NCBI RefSeq assembly: GCF_006345805.1 | Contig: NW_021834659.1 | Coordinates: 1-46,511, forward strand | Length of the DNA stretch: 46,511 bases | Source of the DNA: Octopus sinensis | Lineage: Eukaryota | Direction: 5' to 3' | Part shown: positions 1 to 11,345 of the stretch, in pieces | Position numbering within the stretch: the stretch's first letter is position 1 | Layout: the number at the start of each line of letters is the position of its first letter | Translations under genes and position numbers: made by a program | The notes under the pieces: model-generated | What the model was told of the DNA's origin: nothing | The model's input: the letters and a program-made list of their open reading frames with translations, nothing else | The model's database searches: none

Positions 1-91
1 GACATTCTCCCAATGTGCCACGCAGTGGGCCTGAACCCAGAACCATGTGGTTGGAAACCCAGCTCCTTACCTCACAGCCACGCCTGCACCT
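1..91 (-). mobile_element. SINE family A (tRNA-derived head plus CORE-like segment), 5' part, truncated by window edge
   Basis: Reverse complement reads GGTGCAGGCGTGGCTGTGAGGTAAGG...GGGTTCAGGCCCACTGCGTGGCACATTGGG, with A/B-box-like motifs; homologous to copies at 3407, 4709 and 20515. Confidence 0.8.
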
Positions 92-1616
92 ATATATATA
101 TATATATATATTGTAAATCCATCTCATTATTCTCCCCACTCTCTCTTTCTCTTTTTCTCCTCAACCACTACAAGTCTATGTAATATATGCGTATGACTAG
201 AGACAAAGTGAGAGAGAGAGAGAGGGAGAGAGAGAGAGAGAGAGAGAGAAAGAGACGTGCACACACACACACACACACACACAAAAGGAAAGCAAGAAAG
301 AAAGAAAGACAGACTCTGCAGCCCAACTATCTTCTCTTCATTCTCTCATTTGCTCCATCGCTTGTCTTTCCCAGACAAACACCACCTCTCTCCCCTTTCT
401 CAGACTTCTACCCTGCAGTCTGTTTCTCAATCTGTCTGTCGGCCTGTCTGCCTGTATGTCTCTCTGTCTCTGTCTCTCTCTCTCTCTCTCTCTCATCCAG
501 TTTTCATTAATGCATACACTTACGTAACCATTACGGACACCATTTTCTTGGTAGGTTACGGAGAATATTTATGGCCTGCGTGCATACATGTGAGTGGATG
601 TCTCTGTGACAACATGTGTGCGTGTGTGTGTGTGTGTACAGACGTTCGTTTTGTATCTCTTTTTTATATCCTAAATTATGTCAGTTGTGTGTGTGTATGG
701 AGATGTGTCAGACCACACGTGTCTCCTCACACACACACACACACAGACACACTCACACACACACACACACATACAATAATCACATTACAGACACGAGTGT
801 GAGTGCATATACCTGCATATACGTATGTATGTACGTACATACGTATGTAAACACACATACATATGCAAACATACATGTACATACACATCTTTGCAAACAC
901 ATACGTATGCACAGATAAATATGCATGCACATACACATATACACACATCTATATATAACACACACACACACACACACACACACAACACACACAAACCACA
1001 AGTATGTACACATGTACGGTAACACTATTCAGACAAGAAAATCATTGGGAAGACTGCCAAACACACTTTTTATTATTTACATAACTGGATGTACAGAATC
1101 AAGACCAATGGGAAAGATAGATAAATAGATAGACAGAGAGATAGAGAGAGAGAGGGGGGAAGGGTGGAGAGAGAGGGATGGGTGAAGTAGTGGTAGAGTG
1201 ATGGTGGTGGCAGCAGGGTAAGGTCAGCGAAAAGAAAAACATAGAGCAATAAGAGAAATGTAGAAGGTGCGGTGAGAATATTTGACAAAAGGAAACACAC
1301 ACACACACTGAAGGGGGAGGAAGAAGGTCATATCAAGAAGTGACTGGAGAAAGAGGAGGAGGAGGAGGAGGAGGGGAGGAGGAGTAGGAGAAACGAAGGA
1401 GAGAAAAAGAAAGCATGGTGATGATGTGGACTGAAGAAAGACAACGAACACGACCGACGCGAGTTCAAACCTGGCCAGAGAAGAGCGACCAGATAAGAGT
1501 TCTTTTATGGTTTTGTTTTTAAAGGCCCACCTCATTTAAAACCTGTGGAAATGAAAGGAACACTCAAGAAGAAAATAACAAAACAAAAAAAAATATGAAA
1601 AAACAAAAAAATAAAG

Positions 1617-2310
1617 TATAGGTGTGGTTGTGTGGTAAGAAATTGGCGGTGAACTAGCAGAAATGCTAGCACGCTGGGCAAAATGCTTTGTGGTATTTCG
1701 TCCGCCCTTGCGTTCTGAGTTCAAATTCCGCCATGGTTGACTTTGCCTTTCATCCTTTCGGGGGTCGATAAAATAAGTACCAGTTACGCACTGGGGGATC
1801 AATGTAATTGGCTTAAACCGTTTGTCTGTCCTTGTTTGTCCCCTCTATGTTTAGCCCCTTGTGGGCAATAAAGGAATAAGAAGTTGGCTTTCCGACCACA
1901 CAAGTTTGGGTTCAGTCCCACTGTGTGTTACCTTGAGCAAATGTTTTTAACTATTATTCCAGGTTTACTAAAGCTTTGCAAGTGGATTTGGTAGATGGAA
2001 ACTGAAAGAAGCCCATCATGTACCTATCTATATATCTGTGTGCATATCTGTGAGTGCATGTGTCTTGGTGTTCATTACCCACCAGCATTTGACAACCGGT
2101 GTTGGTTTGATTATGTCCCTTTCACATGGCAGTTCTAGCAGCAGTGAGAGAGAGAGAGTAAGTATAAGATTTTGAAAAAAAAAAGAAAAAGAAAAAGAAC
2201 ACAAATAAGTTACTGGGAGGCAATTCATTTGAGTAAGATGCTTTTAGAGCAGTGCTCCAGCTTGGACGTAATCCAATGAGCAAAACAGGTGAAAATATAA
2301 AAGATAAAGA
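1617..2310 (+). mobile_element. SINE family A, near full length, interrupted by a family B SINE
   Basis: Head GGTGTGGTTGTGTGGTAAGAA, resumes at ~1877 with GGGTTCAGTCCCACTGTGTGTTACCTTGAGCAA...GGAAACTGAAAGAAGCCC, tail GTGCTCCAGC...AATCCAATGA and an A-rich end. Confidence 0.8.
1645..1876 (+). mobile_element. SINE family B (tRNA-derived, Deu/Nin-like central motif), full length
   Basis: GGCGGTGAACTAGCAGAA head, B box GAGTTCAAATTCC, central GACTTTGCCTTTCATCCTTTCGGGGGTCGATAAAATAAGTACCAG. Flanked by TAAGAAATTGGC / TAAGAAGTTGGC, a TSD-like pair. Confidence 0.85.
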
Positions 2311-2341
2311 AAAAAAAGGAGAAATGAGAAACATAGAAAGG

Positions 2342-2372
<31 letters not shown>

Positions 2373-2503
2373 AGAAAGAAAGAAAGAAAGAAAGAAAATG
2401 AGGATGTAAAAATTTAAATTCTCTGTTAAATGAAAAGCAGTGTACTGTGAATGTGTGTGTGTGTGTTCAGTTAAATTAAAAGCTATGTAATTCTAAATGC
2501 ATA

Positions 2504-2582
<79 letters not shown>

Positions 2583-3406
2583 AGTGCTCAATGAAATGCA
2601 CTTTGAAAATTACATTATTGCATAAAAATCTGTGAGTGAATTGCGAGCGTTATTTGATTATTGCAATTAAGGTATGAGTCTTGCATTGAAATATAAAGTT
2701 GTACAGGTGCGTGTCGTGGAAGAGGCAGCCGGGAGGGGTTGGGTGGTGGTGGTGAGGGAGGTGGTAGAGGGTGGGGCGGGGGAGGGGGAGAATGGGGTGA
2801 AAAGGGGTGTGGGTTGCGTACAGAAAAGGAAAGTGATGTGTGTGTGTGTGTGTGTGTGAGTGTGTGACAGAAAGAGAGAGAGAGAGAGGGAAGTGGGAGA
2901 GTGCAGAGCACTGGTGTAGGGTAAGACAAAAATTAAATGTGCGTGTGTGTGTGAGAGAGAGAGAGAGAGGCAGGAGGAGGAGGAAGGAGGAGCAATCTAC
3001 AGAAAAGCAATTAAACGAGTAATGCGTAAGAGGGAGAAAAGGATGCGTGTGGGGGTGGAGATGAAGGAGTGGGGGTGAGGTTGATCTGCAAAGAAAGAAA
3101 TGTAATGAGTGCGTAACGTGTGCGTGTGTACGTGCTTGCATCACATGTATGCATGCATGTATGTGTAAAGAGAGAAAGAAAGAGAGGGAGAAAGAGAGAG
3201 GGGGAGAACGAGAGAGAGGCGGAGAATGAGAAGAGAGAGAGAGAGAGAGAGAGAGTGAGGGCAAGTGGAAGATGATCCACTGAAGAATAATGTTTAGAAG
3301 AAAAATGGAGGGGAGGGTGATGGGGCATACAGAAGCAGAAAGATAGGGGTCGGAGGGTATCTAGGAGAGAGAGACATTTCTGTGTGAGAGAGAGATAAAC
3401 TGATAA

Positions 3407-3921
3407 GTGCAGGTATAGATGTGAGGTTAAGGAGCTTGCTTTGCTACCACATGGTTTTGGGTTCAGTCCCACTGTGTGGCACCTTGGGCAAGTGTCTTTT
3501 ATAATAAACCTGGGCCTACCAATGCCTCCTAACAGAATAATTAGTTAGATGAAAACTGTGGAAGTTCATGCCGGTGGCACGTAAAAAGCACCAACTGATC
3601 GTGGCCATTGCCAGCCACCCCTGGCACCTGTGCCGGTGGCACGTAAAGAGCACCCACTACACTCATAGAGTGGTTGGCGTTAGGAAGGGCATCCAGCTGT
3701 AGAAACACTGCCAGATCAGACTGGAGCCTGGTGCAGCCTTCTGGCTTCCCAGACCCCGGTCGAACCGTCCAACCCATGCAAGCATGGAAAACAGACGTTA
3801 AATGTTATATATATATATATATATATATGCACACACACACACATATAGATGTGTGTGTCATTTGGTCCGTGTTTATGCACCCAAGTTACCTGACAATTAG
3901 TGTTGGTTTGTTTATGTCCCA
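3407..3921 (+). mobile_element. SINE family A, interrupted by a family C element
   Basis: GGGTTCAGTCCCACTGTGTGGCACCTTGGGCAAGTGTC at ~3459-3496; the family A body resumes at ~3850 (GACAATTAGTGTTGGTTTGTTTATGTCCC). Confidence 0.75.
3566..3805 (+). mobile_element. SINE family C 3' portion (RTE-like tail)
   Basis: TGCCGGTGGCACGTAAA(A/G)AGCACC occurs twice, then TGGTTGGCGTTAGGAAGGGCATCCAGC and tail TCCAACCCATGCAAGCATGGAAAACAGACGTTAAA; homologous to 11050, 21427 and 41392. Confidence 0.8.
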
Positions 3922-3949
3922 TTGATGTGCACATGCATGCACAAACACA

Positions 3950-4088
3950 GCTTTGGCTGTTTCCATCTGCCAAATTCCTTCACAAAGCATAAGCTTGACT
4001 TGGGGGCCGTAGCAAGAAAAGACACTTACCCAAAGTGCTGCAAAGTGGGATCGAACCCTGAACTACATGGTGAAGAAGCCATTACACA
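3950..4088 (-). mobile_element. Degenerate SINE family A fragment
   Basis: GTTTCCATCTGCCAAATTCC...GACACTTACCCAAAGTGC...GTGGGATCGAACCC matches the reverse complement of the family A core. Confidence 0.65.
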
Positions 4089-4142
4089 AGAAAAGAAAGA
4101 AAGAAAGGAAAAGAGCCAGAACTACCAAATGCCTAAAAATAC

Positions 4143-4371
4143 CTATTTTTTTACTACCCAAAAGGGGCTAAACACAGAGGAGACAAACAAGGACAGACGG
4201 ATTAAGTCGATCATATCGACCCCAGTGCGTAACTGGTACTTATTTAATCGACCCCGAAAGGATGAAAGGTAAAGTCAACCTCGGCAGAATTTGAACTCAG
4301 AACGTAACATCAGACGAAATACGGTTACGCATTTTGCCCGATGTGCTAACATTTCTGCCAGCTCGCCGCCT
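4143..4371 (-). mobile_element. SINE family B, full length
   Basis: CTGGTACTTATTTAATCGACCCCGAAAGGATGAAAGG...GAATTTGAACTCAGAACG...CTGCCAGCTCGCCGCC; reverse complement of the 1645-1876 type. Confidence 0.85.
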
Positions 4372-4708
4372 AAAAATACCTTCTACGCAGAAATGCATGT
4401 TGACAGCTCCAGCATGGCCTGTCTTTCTATGCTGTCATCTCATTGTGAACGATTCCTGGAGACTTTCTTATTATGTGCTATGTGTTTACCAAAGACTTTT
4501 GAAAGAAAAAACCAAAGTGGTCCTCTGTTCCCTCATTCCAACGGCTTTTTTGCTATAAGGTACTCTCTTACACTGGCTAGATAAAAAAAAAAAACAAGGG
4601 TCTTATGCCACACCAAAGTCAGAACTCTAAATGCAAAGACTGAATAAAAATGTCACCAAGCATTTCAACCAAAGGTCTAACCGATCCTGCTAATCCATCC
4701 AGGATCGT

Positions 4709-4871
4709 AGACGGCTTCTGGTGTGGGAGTGAGGTCGAGAAGCCATGTGGTCTTGGGTTTGACCCCACTGTGTGACACCTTGGGTAAGAGTCATCTATTA
4801 TAACACCCAGACTGACCAAGGCCTTGCACCTTGGGAATGGATTTGGTAGACAGAAATTGGGAGAAGCCTGT

Positions 4872-4911
<40 letters not shown>

Positions 4912-5078
4912 TGTGTACTTGTGTTTGTCCCCTATCACTGCTTGACAACTAGTGTCAGTTTGGCAAAAGAGACTAATAGAATAAGTACCAGGCTTGAAAA
5001 CAAGCACTGCAAGGCAGTGCCCCAGCATGGCCACAATCCAGGGACTGAAACAAGTAAAGGATACAAAACGAAAAGATA
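4709..5078 (+). mobile_element. SINE family A with internal (TG)n
   Basis: GGGTTTGACCCCACTGTGTGACACCTTGGG...GGATTTGGTAGACAGAAA...GTGCCCCAGCATGGCCACAATCCA...GACTGAAACAAGTAAA. Confidence 0.8.
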
Positions 5079-5084
5079 AATCCC

Positions 5085-5345
5085 GAAGAGCTGAAAAGGC
5101 CAAAATTGACCGTGGGGATTTGAACTCAGAATCTAAAAAGCTGAGATAAATATTCTTTTCTACTCAAAGCACCAGGCCCAAAATTCTGGGGGAGGGGGCC
5201 AGTTGATTAGATTGACACCAGTACACAACTGGTACTTAATTTATTGGCCCTGAAAGGATGAAAGGCAAAGTTGAGCACAGTGGAATTTGTGCTAGAATAA
5301 ATATTGCAAGACCATTCTATTCAATGCTTGAAGAATTCTATTGTT
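5085..5345 (-). mobile_element. Two degenerate family B SINE fragments
   Basis: CTGGTACTTAATTTATTGGCCCTGAAAGGATGAAAGGCAAAGTTGA and GGATTTGAACTCAGAA. Confidence 0.7.
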
Positions 5346-5449
5346 TTTCCATTTTACTGAAAGACCAGTAAGAGCCAAATGCCTTTAACCCTAGGCTGCA
5401 ACAAGGGAAACACTGAGTCAATGAAATAGTTGCTACATGATCATTTGAT

Positions 5450-5660
5450 TTACCACAAATGGCAGCCAAACCTCCTTCAAATCATGCCCTGTAGTATTAA
5501 CAGAGGACAAGGATAAAGTAAGGTAACCTGGAGACATGTTAATAAAGGACACGTTGGATAAGGTGACTTGGAAAAACAATGATAAAATGGTCACGGGTTG
5601 ATTGGCTCCAATCATTGTCTGGCTCATTTGAGAATTACCTGGGGCTAAATAACAATATCA
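5450..5660 (+). mobile_element. Interspersed repeat family E (SINE-tail-like, unclassified)
   Basis: AAATGGCAGCCAAACCTCCTTCAAATCA...ACCTGGGGCTAAATAACAA; the AAATAGCAGCCAAATCTCCCTC motif recurs near 18595 and 38555, and inverted at 42640-43080. Confidence 0.55.
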
Positions 5661-6165
5661 ACGAAATTTCGAAGTATCATTGATTCTTCCTTCAGCCCAA
5701 CAGACCGATGCCTTATCTCCGCAACCCAATCCCGCCTCTTCGTCTCTCTGCCTGTGTCTTTTTCTCTCCTCCCACCGCTCCTCTATTCTTCGTTGTCTTG
5801 TGTCAGTGCAGTGCAACCATCAGTCACAGGGCGGCAGGGGGGAGGTTCACCTCTCAATGTACCCAGCTACCCCAGGGATGTTCCTGTGCCTCTCCCCACC
5901 CCCACCCGCCGGGATCTGTGCATGTGTGTATATGCATGTGTACATACATACATATGTGTGTCTGTGTGTGTGTGTGTGTTTGTGTGTGTGTGTTATTATT
6001 CCTATTACCATTCTAACGCCATATGTAGGTAATCTTGCCAGTTCCTTTGATGTTGCATTATGTACCTATCTGTATTTTTGTTTCTTTCTTTCCCTTTTCT
6101 GAAAATATTAAATCAAACAGCCAGCGCCACACATGGAAACCTCACTCAACTCCGCCACCATCACC

Positions 6166-6197
<32 letters not shown>

Positions 6198-6442
6198 CAC
6201 CAACAACAACACTCCCTCCTGGCCCTTTCCTTTCTATCCAAACATCGCCTCCTCGTCCCTATTCCTCGGGGCAGATGATTCATTGCAGATAAGATGCAAG
6301 ATGTTAACACAGAATACAAAACAAAAACAAAAAAAAAACACATACGCACAAAAAAAAATACTAAAGAATAAAAAGTAATATTTCTTATCAGTGTAATGTG
6401 TGTTTCAGTGCATACCTGTACCATCTTTATACGCACATATGT

Positions 6443-6484
<42 letters not shown>

Positions 6485-7744
6485 GTGCATCATCATGAAT
6501 CTGTATAAACATATATGTATGTGTGTATATATATACATACATTTATATATATATATGTGTGTGTGTGCATGTGTATGTATGTATGTACACACACATACAT
6601 ATGTATGAATATATGTATATATATGTATGCAAGTATATATAAGTGTGTATATGTTCATGTATGTCTGCCTCTGTGTGTATACGTATATGTATGTAGAAAT
6701 ACGAGTTAATGTATGTATATGTAGATTTTTCAAGACAGCATATATTTCCTTACATAGTTAACACACTCATGCTCGGAGCCACATTAAGCCAAACTATTAC
6801 AAGAACAAACAACCCCCCCCCAAAAAAAAAAAAGCGAATAGAGAAAATAATGGTAAGATATGATGTGGCAGAACTTGAAGGTAAGGGCGCCAGACTAAAA
6901 TTTATTAAGATATTCTACTTCTTACTTCAAAAGCTTCCAAAACTCAACATTCCATCATATCACGCATGTGTGTGTGGAGAGGGGTGTGGAGGTAGATGTA
7001 GTTGGTACCAGTAATAAAGCAGGGTCATTTCAATGGAGTCCAATCTTCTGCAAATTCTTAAACTTTATGCCAATGTATGCAAGATTGGCACAGAGCAGTA
7101 GGGTGTCTATTATACACAATATGCATCAGCTCTCACACACACACACATTCGCACATGCATGCATGCACAGATGCACACACACGCATGTGCGCTTCTTTGT
7201 TGCTCGAGCGGCTGCACACATGTGCGTAGTGACAGAATGAATCATCTTCTTTCAACAAATATATTTTACTGCATGCATTCGGTACAATTTCTTCCATTTA
7301 AACACCCAAAGACATTATTTGTGAGTGTGTGTGTGGGGGGGGGGGGTCTATGTATGTGTAAACATGAATACATACTTGTATGCATCTATGTATTTATATA
7401 TATGTACATATGTGTGTGTGTATATTTATATATTTGTATATATATGTGTATATATATATATCTATCTATATGTATATATATATATATATATATTTAAATA
7501 TATATATTTATATGTATGCACATATGTGTGTGTGTGTGTGTGTGCGTAGTATGGATGGGTGGATATGTTTACCGTTTCCTTTTTGGGGTCATCTGCAGAA
7601 CTGAAATTGAACCCCTTCCCAGACACTTGCATGATTCACTGTCATTCTAAGAATTGTCAGACAGGCCACCAGACAATCCTACAATCCAACAAAGGCCCAA
7701 TTTTTAATGTTTCCGGAAACTATTTGCTTGCTACATATATTCTT

Positions 7745-8208
7745 CAGTGCGGCACCTTGGCAAGTGTCTTCTACTGTAGTAGCCCAGGTTTATCAAAGCC
7801 TTGTGGGCAGATTTGGTAGATGGAAACTGAAGGAATCTACCTATCAGTCTATCTATCTATCTGTCTGTCTGTCTCTATCTATCCATCTGTCAATTTATCC
7901 GTCAATCAAACAGTCTGTCCATCTCTCCATACATCTGCCTCTGTCTGTCTGTCTGTCTCTCTAGCTGTCTGTCTGATAGTCTGTTTACCATTTTCTCCAT
8001 CCATCCATCTCTCTCTAGACATCTGTCTGTCTACCTATCTATCCATCTGTCTGTCTATCTGACTGGGTGTCTCATCATTCTCTCTCTCTCTCTCTATCTA
8101 TCTATCTACTTATCTATGTTAGTCTCTCTGTCCGTCTATGTACCCTTGACTAGACATCATGTGATGGTTGTAAATAACCATCATCATCACCTCCACCATC
8201 ATCATCAC

Positions 8209-8267
<59 letters not shown>

Positions 8268-8536
8268 CCACCACCACCACCACCACCACCACCACCACCA
8301 CCACCACCACCACCACCACCATCATCATCATCGTCTTCATCGTTGTCGTACAAGCGACGTCGTTCGTTTCTAGTCTTCTGTGAAAAACATGTCTAGCTAT
8401 GGAGAAAACATTACCTAGATTCGAAACAGATGAGGGGTTAAGTGACAGGATGGGCATCCAGCTGCAGAAAAAAAAAATGTGCCCCAGCAAATTTTGTCTG
8501 ACATGGAAAAATAGACATCAAATGATGATGATGATG
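7745..8536 (+). mobile_element. Composite SINE relic: family A core, expanded microsatellites, family C-like tail
   Basis: GGCACCTTGGCAAGTGTCTTCTACTGTAG...GGAAACTGAAGGAA at 7751-7835; GACAGGATGGGCATCCAGCTG...CATGGAAAAATAGACATCAAATGATGATG at 8444-8536. Confidence 0.65.
8178..8335. repeat. Compound (CAT)n(CAC)n trinucleotide microsatellite
   Basis: Directly visible; source of the poly-His, poly-Asp/Gly and poly-Met/Val ORFs. Confidence 0.95.
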
Positions 8537-9021
8537 CATTTCTATTACAATCAGTCACTTCATGCAAGACTCATTTGTCACCAGTGCAAATGACAATTCC
8601 CTGCTATCAACCTCATTTTCAAGCCTCATTCACGACTCTCCGGCAACAAAGCCAAAGAAACGGTAAAATAAACGCAAGGCATTTGTTTAAAACATGAGAC
8701 TGCGATCACAGAGGGAAACGCTGGATTCCTCTGTAACTACTGACGGCCTTTGTCGGCAAATTAATAAACATAAAAAAGTTCACAAAGCGATGTATAAGTT
8801 AAGGTTCTGTGAAGCAGACACGACTTAAAATTCTCTGAAGATATCTCCTCCTGTTTCTGGGTAACACATATTGTCGTGTGTGTGTGTGTGTGTGTGTGCG
8901 AGCGTGTCCCATTTCTATTGTTGTTTTGTTCCAGGTCAACTCTGATTAAACCCACCAAAGATCAAAGACATTCCTGCAGTTATTGTGTTGTGTACAAGAC
9001 TTCATTATCTAATTTACCTAG

Positions 9022-9402
9022 CCCTTTATGTTCAGAGTTCAAATCCTGCTGAGGTCAACTTTGTCTTTCATCTTTACATGAGTGTGTGTGTATGTGTGTG
9101 TGTGTGTGTGGTGTGTGCGTGCGCACATGTTGTTGTGTCTGTGCTTGTCCTACCATGTCTGACAACCATATCTGACAACCGGTGTTGCCTCGTTTATGTT
9201 CCCATAAAGAAACAGTTCGGCAAAAGAGACCAACAGAATAAGTACAAGACTTAAAAAAACAAAACAACAACAACAACATCAACAAAAAAGCAAACAAGCT
9301 AAAATATGAATGCACTGGGATTGATTCGTTTGACTAAAAACCTTTCAAGTTGGTGCCCCAGCATGGCCACAATCCAATGACTGGAAAGAGTAGGTAAAAG
9401 AT
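9022..9402 (+). mobile_element. Family B stub followed by family A 3' half
   Basis: GAGTTCAAATCCTGCTGAGGTCAACTTTGTCTTTCATC, then GACAACCGGTGTTG...TTCGGCAAAAGAGACC...GGTGCCCCAGCATGGCCACAATCCAATGACTG. Confidence 0.7.
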
Positions 9403-10223
9403 AACCAACCACTTAGTGTTCTGATGTATCTGTTGTGTTTTCCTTTTTCTTTGAAATATGTCCAACTAATCCCAGAACACTTGAAGAGTCAGTGACCCAT
9501 CTCCAACATTTCTGCATCAGTCATTATACTCATCACCCAGCTCCCCACCAATGCCACTACCAGCACCACCATCAACCCAAAATATCTTTCTGAATTCTTA
9601 TGGCCATCATCACCACTACCACCACCATCCCAAAATACCTTTTTTGAATTCTTGTGGCCACCACCACTACCATCAATGTAGTTTAAGCAAAACGATACTT
9701 GATAAGGTACCAGGGTAACACCCAAAATTCTTTCTTCAACATTATGAAAAACATTTCAGGAAGCATTTCAACAACCGTGAAATAAAAAAAATAAAAAAAA
9801 AGTTTCTGATTTGTCAACAATATTTTTATATAAAGAGAAATTCCATCCCGACACACAAAAACACACCGAGATTAACCCTTCTGATACTAACCTACTTAGG
9901 ACTGGCCCTGGCCCTATGATTAAAAACATCTTGTTTTAGTATGATCTAAATTAAAACCATCCCTTAGATAACATCAGTGGCATGGAGTGTCGAGGTTGGT
10001 ATGCATGAGTGACTACTAGTCTTCCATAAACAACCTTGCTTGGACTTCCCTCAGATGGGAACTTTCTAAGGGCAATCCTATGATCATTCATGACTGAAAG
10101 AGGGAGGGTCACTTTATTGTAGGGTAGGTGTGAAAGGCCAGATCTAACTGGTTTGAACATAAAACATGTAGACTATTGCTGATATGGATGGTTTAGATAC
10201 TAAACGGTTAATACTCCATTATA

Positions 10224-10789
10224 TTGGGTTGTCCAGAAAGTTTGTGCCGATTTTTAGAAGCTTACTTTTCGACTTAATTTAGAACATGGTTGAGTCCATA
10301 AAATAGGATTTCACTACACCTCCATTTAGAGCACAGTTTAAGCTATCTTTTCGTGGAAGATGGTTTATATTCCTATAACCTGTGTTAATTCTGTAACCCT
10401 TTAAAATGGAAGATAAGAAAGTCCATTTTCGGCACTTGATGCTTTGGGAACCAGACAAAAATTGCTGCAGCTCGGCTAGGATGTGTTACACCACCCTCCA
10501 TATTCACCAGATATTTCTCCTTCGGATTTCCACTTATTCAGGTCTCTGTAGAATAGTCTTCATGGTAAAAATTTCAATTCCTTGGATGATGTATAAAGAT
10601 ACCTTGATGAATTCTTTGCCATGAAACCACCTCAATTCTGGGAAGAGGGTATTTTCAAGTTAAAGGAAAGATGGAGATGCATTGAGCAACAAAATGGTTC
10701 ATATGTGGTTGATTAAAAATGTAATGGCAAGTATTTATTGACCTTTTTCTTTCCTTTAAAAATCGGCACGAACTTTCCAAACAACCCAA
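10224..10789 (+). mobile_element. Internally deleted mariner (Tc1/mariner DD34D) transposon, 566 bp
   Basis: Left TIR TTGGGTTGTCCAGAAAGTTTGTGCCGATTTTTA matches the reverse complement of the right end TAAAAATCGGCACGAACTTTCCAAACAACCCAA; TA on both sides (10222-10223, 10790-10791). Confidence 0.93.
10406..10716 (+). pseudogene. Mariner transposase pseudogene (N-terminus fused to C-terminus)
   Basis: MEDKKVHFRHLMLWE, then after a deletion/frameshift near 10450: TRQKLLQLG*DVLHHPPYSPDISPSDFHLFRSL*NSLHGKNFNSLDDV*RYLDEFF...GIFKLKERWRCIEQQNGSYVVD*. Contains the mariner YSPDLAPSD-type motif and three in-frame stops. Confidence 0.92.
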
Positions 10790-11049
10790 TACATTATTTT
10801 CAAAATAATTTGAAGAATATATTTCAATAGAAATATGATAAAAGGGTTAATAGTTGTAGCAGTCATGTTTTTAACCAGTTCAGATATGAATAGTTTATTG
10901 AGGATCAAAGACTAAATTGGTTACCTCACTGTTAATGAGATTTTAGTTACTCACTCCCACTTTTTCCTTAATAGATGTGTGTAGCCTTGCAGATCCCTCT
11001 GCTGGGATCTGCTCTGCTCCCCTCCCTCCTTATCCCATAGTAATCCTTT

Positions 11050-11345
11050 TGTTCCTTAGCATGAAGCTGACCACCTCCAACCCAGTTCTTGCAGTCCTTG
11101 GAATCCTGAAAATTGCATAGTGACCTCAATAGTGCAGAGGGCATAGAAAACAAGCACCCAGTCCACGCTGAAGAATGGTTGGTGTTAGGAAAGGCATCCA
11201 GATATAAAAGCCATGCTGAAGCAGAGGCTGGAGTTTGATGCTATCTTAGACACATTAGATTCCTGTCAAACTGTCCAGCCCATGTCAGCATTGAACATAG
11301 ACATTAAATGCTGATGATCATGATAATGATGATGATGATGGTGAT
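11050..11345 (+). mobile_element. Degenerate SINE family C
   Basis: AAGCACCCA...TGGTTGGTGTTAGGAAAGGCATCCAG...GTCCAGCCCATGTCAGCATTGAACATAGACATTAAA followed by a (GAT)n tail. Confidence 0.7.

Larger units (their letters stand above)
9872..10850. mobile_element. piggyBac-like non-autonomous element (MITE) with nested insertions
   Basis: Begins TTAA|CCCTT (9872-9880) and ends AAGGG|TTAA (10842-10850), i.e. a TTAA target duplication and CCC...GGG termini. A second similar end, CTAAACGGTTAA, lies at ~10199-10210. Confidence 0.55.

Noticed and set aside
6850-6900. Splice-donor-like GAAG|GTAAGG after a short ATG frame
   Set aside because: No supporting acceptor, partner exon or recognisable peptide; expected by chance in 46 kb.
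8116-8373. Poly-histidine ORF
   Set aside because: A (CAT)n(CAC)n expansion inside a SINE relic, with no exon context.
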